64,000 nt of DNA, from contig JAZLLY010000016.1 in assembly GCA_045598385.1 (NCBI GenBank), positions 68,064-132,063 on the forward strand. The letters run 5' to 3'. Shown piece after piece: positions 58,932-64,000 of the stretch. Position numbers and translations under genes: made by a program. The notes below the pieces were generated by a model that did not search any database, was not told where the DNA came from, and saw only the letters and a program-made list of their open reading frames with translations. Every line of letters begins with the position of its first letter. The stretch's first letter is position 1. This DNA comes from Eubacteriales bacterium (lineage in GTDB: Bacteria; Bacillota; Clostridia; Oscillospirales; CAG-272).

Positions 58932-59777
58932 TCATTCATCCAGCAACCGCATCTTGGTAAAGAGCGTGCGGAACATCGTATTTTCCGAAAGGGTTATCAT
59001 TTTCAATTTTTTATCTGACTTAAATACACGGCAGATTTCTCCGCTGAACAGATCTGCGACGGGACGACCGTCCACACAGATCTCCATACGGTCTTCTCCG
59101 AGATTTTTGATGGACAGAACATCGTTTTCGTCGAAAAGGATCGAACGGTTGAAGAAGGAATGCGGAGAAAGCGGCGTCACAAGCATCGAATGGACACCCG
59201 GCGCGACGATAGGTCCGCCTGCCGAAAGCGAATAAGCGGTAGATCCGGCGGGCGTGGAAACGAGCACGCCGTCGGCGTGATACGTCACGGTATCTTCTGC
59301 GGCATCGGAAAGGGAAAAAACAGACATTCCCATACCGCTCTTATGCGAAACGCCGATATCGTTGAGCGCCAGTCGGGAAATCTCCGTTTTTCCGTTTGCG
59401 CCGACGACCTCTGTCGAAAGAAGCATACAATCCCGGATAAGAAAATCATCTGAAATCAGTCTTTTCAGGTCATCGGTGTTAGCGGGCTCAAGCTCGCTGA
59501 GATATCCCATTTTCCCGAGATTGATACCGATAAGCGGAACATCGTATTCGCAACAAAATTGCGAAGCGTCGAGAATGGAACCGTCACCGCCGATGACAAT
59601 GATACATTCCGCGTCTTCCGGAAATGCACTGTAAAGCGAAACGTCGTCCCGGCGCAAGCCGATCTTTTCACTCACGTAAACCGTCCCGCCGAGTTCTTTC
59701 AGTTTTTCGACGACAGAGGCGGAAAGGGCAAATCCCATATCTTTTTTCGGATTGGGGATCAGGACAAACTTTTTCAT
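58932..59777 (-). CDS. nadK: NAD+ kinase
   Basis: GGDGS motif, NLGKMGYL and STPAGSTAYSLSAGGP. Confidence 0.95.
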   Translation of the reverse strand: MKKFVLIPNPKKDMGFALSASVVEKLKELGGTVYVSEKIGLRRDDVSLYSAFPEDAECIIVIGGDGSILDASQFCCEYDVPLIGINLGKMGYLSELEPANTDDLKRLISDDFLIRDCMLLSTEVVGANGKTEISRLALNDIGVSHKSGMGMSVFSLSDAAEDTVTYHADGVLVSTPAGSTAYSLSAGGPIVAPGVHSMLVTPLSPHSFFNRSILFDENDVLSIKNLGEDRMEICVDGRPVADLFSGEICRVFKSDKKLKMITLSENTMFRTLFTKMRLLDE

Positions 59778-60511
59778 GGCTTTTCCTTTCTGAAATGTAC
59801 GAGATACTCGAGATTTCCGTCACCTCCGAGTATAGGAGAGATCATGGTATTGCAATGACAAAAACCCAAACGGACAGCACATCCGATAACATTTTGAAGC
59901 GCGGTTTCACGCGCCTTTTCATCTTTGACGATCCCGCCTTTTCCTATATGTTCTCTCCCGACTTCAAACTGCGGTTTGACGAGCAGAATAAAATCGGAGC
60001 CCTCGGCTAAAACCGAATAGAGAGACGGAAGTATCAGCGTGGAAGAAATAAACGAAACGTCCATTACGGCAAGATCCGGGCGGTAAGGGAAATCGGCGAT
60101 TTCCATATAGCGGGCATTGAACTTCTCCATGGAAGTCACCCGATCATCCGAACGGAGGATCTGCACGAGTTGGCCTTCCCCGGAATCAACGGCAATGACG
60201 TGCGCGGCTCCGTGCTTGAGAAGACAATCCGTAAAACCGCCGCTTGAAGCGCCGATATCGAGAGCCGATTTTCCCTCTGCCGATACCCCGAACGCACAGA
60301 GCGCACCGTCGAGCTTGAGCCCTCCGCGGCTCACGTATTTTTTTACCGATCGGTCGAGAATGACTTTCTCTTCCATGCCGGTAACGTCGAAAGCGGGCTT
60401 TTTCACAACTTTCCCGTCAACGAGGACGGCGCCGGATACCACGGCGTTTCTCCCCTCCGTGCGACTGCCGACAAAACCCGACTCAAAGAGAAAAACGTCA
60501 AGTCTCATCAC
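59774..60511 (-). CDS. tlyA: TlyA-family 16S/23S rRNA (cytidine-2'-O)-methyltransferase
   Basis: S4 domain (RLDVFL...SR) and an FtsJ-like SAM domain (LDIGASSGGFTD). Confidence 0.9.
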   Translation of the reverse strand: MMRLDVFLFESGFVGSRTEGRNAVVSGAVLVDGKVVKKPAFDVTGMEEKVILDRSVKKYVSRGGLKLDGALCAFGVSAEGKSALDIGASSGGFTDCLLKHGAAHVIAVDSGEGQLVQILRSDDRVTSMEKFNARYMEIADFPYRPDLAVMDVSFISSTLILPSLYSVLAEGSDFILLVKPQFEVGREHIGKGGIVKDEKARETALQNVIGCAVRLGFCHCNTMISPILGGDGNLEYLVHFRKEKP

Positions 60512-60734
60512 ATTCGGTAAACGGCGCGTCCGTCACGGTACCGTCCGCGTTTTCCGTAAGGATATTCACTTTTTGTTTGGCATTTTCAAGGGATTCGTTG
60601 CAAAAACGGATAAGCGAGACCGCATTTTCAAATGCGGAGAGAGACGCGTCAAGAGTCAATTCCCCGTTTTGCAACTGCGAGACGATAGAGGAAAGTTCGT
60701 TCATCGCACTTTCGAAAGTTCTGTTTTCTTTCAT
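60498..60734 (-). CDS. xseB: Exodeoxyribonuclease VII small subunit
   Basis: 78 aa, FESAMNELSSIVSQLQNGELTLDASLSAFENA. Overlaps both xseA and tlyA. Confidence 0.9.
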   Translation of the reverse strand: MKENRTFESAMNELSSIVSQLQNGELTLDASLSAFENAVSLIRFCNESLENAKQKVNILTENADGTVTDAPFTECDET

Positions 60735-61981
60735 TTGGATTCTCCTGTCGAATGATCTGTATAGACGGTTCGGACACCGATTTTTCCGTCAGAGAAACGA
60801 AGGTCGAAGGTGTCGTCGATTTTCAGTTGCGCGGAAGAACGAATGATCCCGTTTTCGTTTTCCGCCAGAGCGTAACCTCTCGATAATACCGATAGCGGGC
60901 TGAGTGCCTGCACTTTTTCGGACAACACGGAAAGCGCGTAGGCCTTTTTGTCAAGAAAAGGCGTCATCGCGGATTTCAGAAGATTCTCGGTGATGTCCAG
61001 TTCGCGCTTACGGTCGGAAACGACCTTCTCCGCCTGGAAGAGAAAAGCGTCGGAAAGCGAGGTGAACATTTTTTCTTTTCTTTCCGTGCAGGACAGCAAA
61101 AGATCGCAAAGACGGGCACGAACGCCGTCGAGCCACTGCAAAAGTTCCCGAGAATCCGGAACCGAGATTTCCGCCGCCGCGGACGGTGTCGGCGCGCGAA
61201 GATCGGCAACGAAATCGCAGATCGTAAAGTCCGTTTCGTGACCGACGGCGGAAATGACGGGCGTTGTCATCCCGCTGATTTTTCTCGCAAGGCGTTCCCC
61301 GTTGAACGCCCAAAGGTCCTCGATCGAACCGCCGCCTCTGCCGATGATGACGACATCGCAAAGTCCCGTAGTTTCAAAATAATCAAGACCGCGGATCAGA
61401 GACTCTTCGGCGCTGTCCCCCTGAACGAGAGACGGATAAAGATAAATCGTTGCAAGAGGAAAACGCCTCCCCGTGATATCAATAATATCGCGAACGGCGG
61501 CACCGGTCGGTGACGTAATGACACCGATGCGGGACGGCATCCTCGGAATGGGCTTTTTCCGGCTTTCATCAAAAAGCCCTTCAAGATATAATTTGTTTTT
61601 CAACTGTTCAAACGCTTTATAAAGAGCGCCGACGCCGTCCGGCTGCATATCGCGGACGTAAAGCTGATACTGCCCGGTTTTGGTATAGACCGAAACCGAC
61701 GCGGACACGACGACTTTCATGCCGTCTTCGGGAGAAAAACGAAGCGCAGAAGCCGCCATGCGGAACATCACCACCCTGACCTGCCCTTCTTCGTCTTTCA
61801 GCGTGAAATAAAGATGCCCGCTCGTGTGACGTTTGAAGTTCGAGATCTCGCCTTTCACGCTGACGTTCTTCAGCGAAGCGGTATTCTCGATAATGGACTT
61901 GATATTTTCATTCAGTTCTCCGACTGTCATGGTTTGACGGTCGGGACCTCTGTCCCTGAGAGCGGAAATATCCATAATCAC
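60731..61981 (-). CDS. xseA: Exodeoxyribonuclease VII large subunit
   Basis: OB-fold N-terminus (VSVKGEISNFKRHTSGHLYFTLKDE) and a catalytic core (IGVITSPTGAAVRD, RGGGSIEDLW). Confidence 0.95.
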   Translation of the reverse strand: MIMDISALRDRGPDRQTMTVGELNENIKSIIENTASLKNVSVKGEISNFKRHTSGHLYFTLKDEEGQVRVVMFRMAASALRFSPEDGMKVVVSASVSVYTKTGQYQLYVRDMQPDGVGALYKAFEQLKNKLYLEGLFDESRKKPIPRMPSRIGVITSPTGAAVRDIIDITGRRFPLATIYLYPSLVQGDSAEESLIRGLDYFETTGLCDVVIIGRGGGSIEDLWAFNGERLARKISGMTTPVISAVGHETDFTICDFVADLRAPTPSAAAEISVPDSRELLQWLDGVRARLCDLLLSCTERKEKMFTSLSDAFLFQAEKVVSDRKRELDITENLLKSAMTPFLDKKAYALSVLSEKVQALSPLSVLSRGYALAENENGIIRSSAQLKIDDTFDLRFSDGKIGVRTVYTDHSTGESK

Positions 61982-62928
61982 CGTTTTGACTCGTATGCCC
62001 GTTTTGCGAGAAGCGCGATTCCGACGGCGTTGTCGGCGGAAAGCGCCGGCTCGGCAAAGGCACAGTCAAATTCCTTATCAAGATTCTTTTTGATGATCCC
62101 GTTACTCATGACGCCTCCCGCGTACAGGATCGGCGTTTCGCCGTAAGCGTCAAGGTATGCACGGGAAAGCGAAGCAAGGATATCATAGATGCCGGCAAAA
62201 ACGAACGCCGAAGTCTCCGCCGCGTCCGATGTTTCGTCGTAAAGTTTTTTTGCGAGATTTTCAAGTCCCGACAGATTGGCGTAAAACCCGTCGATCGACG
62301 GTTTCTTTCTTCTGATCTTTCCATGGAAAGAGAGCGCAAGCGTTTCCATCGCCGGACCGCAGGGGAACGGGATTCCCATATAAACCCCGACTCTGTCGAT
62401 CAACTGACCGGCGTGAAGATCTTTGGTCCCGCCGATACATTCGGCACGAAAACCGGTTCCGTCGGAAGTCACACGGAGCATTTCGGTCGTCCCGCCGGAA
62501 ACGTGAAAAGCGGGAAATGTTTTTTCGGCGAGATCTTTTCGCCCGGATGAATACAATGCCGCCATCAGATGTCCGCACTGATGAGAAAACCGGAACAGCG
62601 GCGAAAAAGAAGTTGCCGCAATGCTTTCGGCGGCAGCGACACCGGGCAGAAAGCACGGCATATAAGACCCTTCGACACGTCGCGGCTTTTCGCTGACACC
62701 GATCGCCGCCGGCGTCCTCCCGTGAAGAATGGCACCGGCTTCCCGCATAATATCCGGAAGATTTCTGACGTGAGAAAAAACGGCGTCCGACTGACGCAAG
62801 CCGCGCACACCGTTTTCCACGTGAAGAGGCCTCTTGAGATTGGCAACGACTGATTCATTGCCGTTTATCAGGGCAACCGACGTCGTATAATTGCTCGTGT
62901 CGATCCCCATAAATATCGGTTCAGCCAT
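61978..62928 (-). CDS. TsaD/Kae1 (peptidase M22)-like ASKHA-fold protein, a divergent paralog
   Basis: GIDTSNYTTS, an HxxxH pair (HQCGH), VSGGTTE and AGGVMSN resemble TsaD motifs but are divergent. Start set at MAEPIF (62928), overlapping the nusB stop. Confidence 0.65.
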   Translation of the reverse strand: MAEPIFMGIDTSNYTTSVALINGNESVVANLKRPLHVENGVRGLRQSDAVFSHVRNLPDIMREAGAILHGRTPAAIGVSEKPRRVEGSYMPCFLPGVAAAESIAATSFSPLFRFSHQCGHLMAALYSSGRKDLAEKTFPAFHVSGGTTEMLRVTSDGTGFRAECIGGTKDLHAGQLIDRVGVYMGIPFPCGPAMETLALSFHGKIRRKKPSIDGFYANLSGLENLAKKLYDETSDAAETSAFVFAGIYDILASLSRAYLDAYGETPILYAGGVMSNGIIKKNLDKEFDCAFAEPALSADNAVGIALLAKRAYESKR

Positions 62929-63331
62929 TTTTCTTTCCCGTCTTTTCGGCAAGAGCATTCAGCACGCCGTTGACAAACGTGTATGACTTTTCATCGTCGT
63001 ATTTTTTGGAAAGTTCGATTCCCTCATTGATGGATACTTTTGCCGGGATATCCGGGCAATACAGCATTTCAAAAGCGGCAAGACGCAAAATCGCCATAGA
63101 TGAATACGAAACGCGATTTTTCGACCACCCGATCAGAGAAGATTCGATCAGCGGCTCGATCGTTTCTGCGTGTTCATAAACACCGAAAAAGACGGTTTTC
63201 ACATAATCGTCGGTTTCAAGTCCCCGCTCCCCGATGGCTTTTTCGGCGATTTCCTCCGGTGTTTCATCCGGCTTTGCGGCTCCTTCAAACAAAAGCAAAA
63301 AGGCATTTTCTCTTGCTTCTTTTCTCTTCAT
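62921..63331 (-). CDS. nusB: Transcription antitermination factor NusB
   Basis: MKRKEARENAFLLLFE..., ILRLAAFEML and FVNGVLN. Confidence 0.95.
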   Translation of the reverse strand: MKRKEARENAFLLLFEGAAKPDETPEEIAEKAIGERGLETDDYVKTVFFGVYEHAETIEPLIESSLIGWSKNRVSYSSMAILRLAAFEMLYCPDIPAKVSINEGIELSKKYDDEKSYTFVNGVLNALAEKTGKKNG

Positions 63332-63436
63332 AAAAAAGTCCGTCCTGATATAATAAAAGTTTTGCAGTATTATTATACATTATGCACACGCGAATGTCAA
63401 CCGTATTTCGGCGAAACAAAAAGCCAACACAAAAAA

Positions 63437-63474
63437 CTGCCTGAAAACCTTTTTTTGGGTTTTCAGGCAGTTTT
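63437..63474 (-). terminator. Terminator after ispE
   Basis: A 13-bp stem (CTGCCTGAAAACC / GGTTTTCAGGCAG) with T-runs on both strands. Confidence 0.7.
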
Positions 63475-63494
63475 CAAAACAGGATCGCTATCAG

Positions 63495-64000
63495 TCAAGG
63501 AAATTTACACGGTCTGTCAATCAAACCGGCAGAATAACAGACGTAAGCGGAGTATCCGAGCGAAATAAGATGCGATTGACAAGCCAGAGCGGATTCACTT
63601 TCCGGGAATATCCCGAAAACGGCGGGACCGCTCCCGCTCAGAAGCGATGCAAGCGCGCCGTCTGTCAGCATGATCTCTTTCATGGCGGCGGCTCCCTGAC
63701 AAACGGGAAAAACGGCACTCTCAAATACGTTGAACAATGCGGGAAATTCGTCTTTTCCGTTGAAAAAGGAAAGCAGCGATTCCAGATTCTCGCGGTGTCC
63801 GAACAGTACGGAGCCGTCAAAGCCCGCATATAATTTGTCCAGATTTCCGTATGCCTCGGGTGTCTGCATCCGTTCTTTGGCGATGCCGATCACACATACG
63901 AGAGATCCGGAAAAAGGAATGGGAGAAATACAATCTCCACGGCCGGTACATAACGCCGTCTTCCCGCAAACGCAAAAAGGGACGTCGCTTCCGATACCGG
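63495..64000 (-). CDS. ispE: 4-diphosphocytidyl-2-C-methyl-D-erythritol kinase; the N-terminal part lies beyond the window end
   Basis: GHMP kinase C-terminal region (LSGSGPAVFGIF). The frame stays open upstream of the track start through position 64000 (GIGSDVPFCVCGKTALCTGRG). Confidence 0.8.
   Translation of the reverse strand, partial: GIGSDVPFCVCGKTALCTGRGDCISPIPFSGSLVCVIGIAKERMQTPEAYGNLDKLYAGFDGSVLFGHRENLESLLSFFNGKDEFPALFNVFESAVFPVCQGAAAMKEIMLTDGALASLLSGSGPAVFGIFPESESALACQSHLISLGYSAYVCYSAGLIDRPCKFP

Overview
This window looks like core chromosome from an endospore-forming Firmicute of class Clostridia. The evidence is spoIIID, cwlD, whiA and a dacB-like gene, the yybS-gdpP-rplI-dnaB and tilS-ftsH gene orders, and the nusB-xseAB-tlyA-nadK-argR-recN block. 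The finer taxonomic placement is inference only. I call about 58 protein genes, most of them housekeeping: replication and repair (dnaB, dnaE, recG, rarA, radA, recN, ruvAB, xseAB, parC, comEC), translation (an EF-G paralog, prfA, rplI, tilS, sua5, ychF), cell wall (dac, cwlD, murB), and a five-gene Na+-translocating biotin decarboxylase cluster. There is one tRNA-Ser(GGA). I found no CRISPR array, no intact mobile element and no recognisable defence or toxin system.

The one region that ordinary annotation does not explain is the 1.1-kb ORF-free gap between spoIIID and tRNA-Ser (about 5860-7003). It holds a 116-bp duplicated module that includes the tRNA 3' end. The distal copy of that module is split by a 355-bp insert that is extremely rich in hairpins and carries phased AGTGATG / CATCAC heptad arrays.

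The other findings are lower priority. They are substitutions at catalytic or signature residues in otherwise recognisable proteins (EF-G paralog, E2/CAT-like acyltransferase, ComEC MBL domain, 12S-like carboxyltransferase), a Clp/Hsp100 ATPase with a zinc-ribbon N-terminus, a DUF951 ORF without a canonical start codon, and phased direct repeats upstream of an orphan response regulator. All functional calls come from reading the translated ORFs against remembered family motifs. No database search was run.
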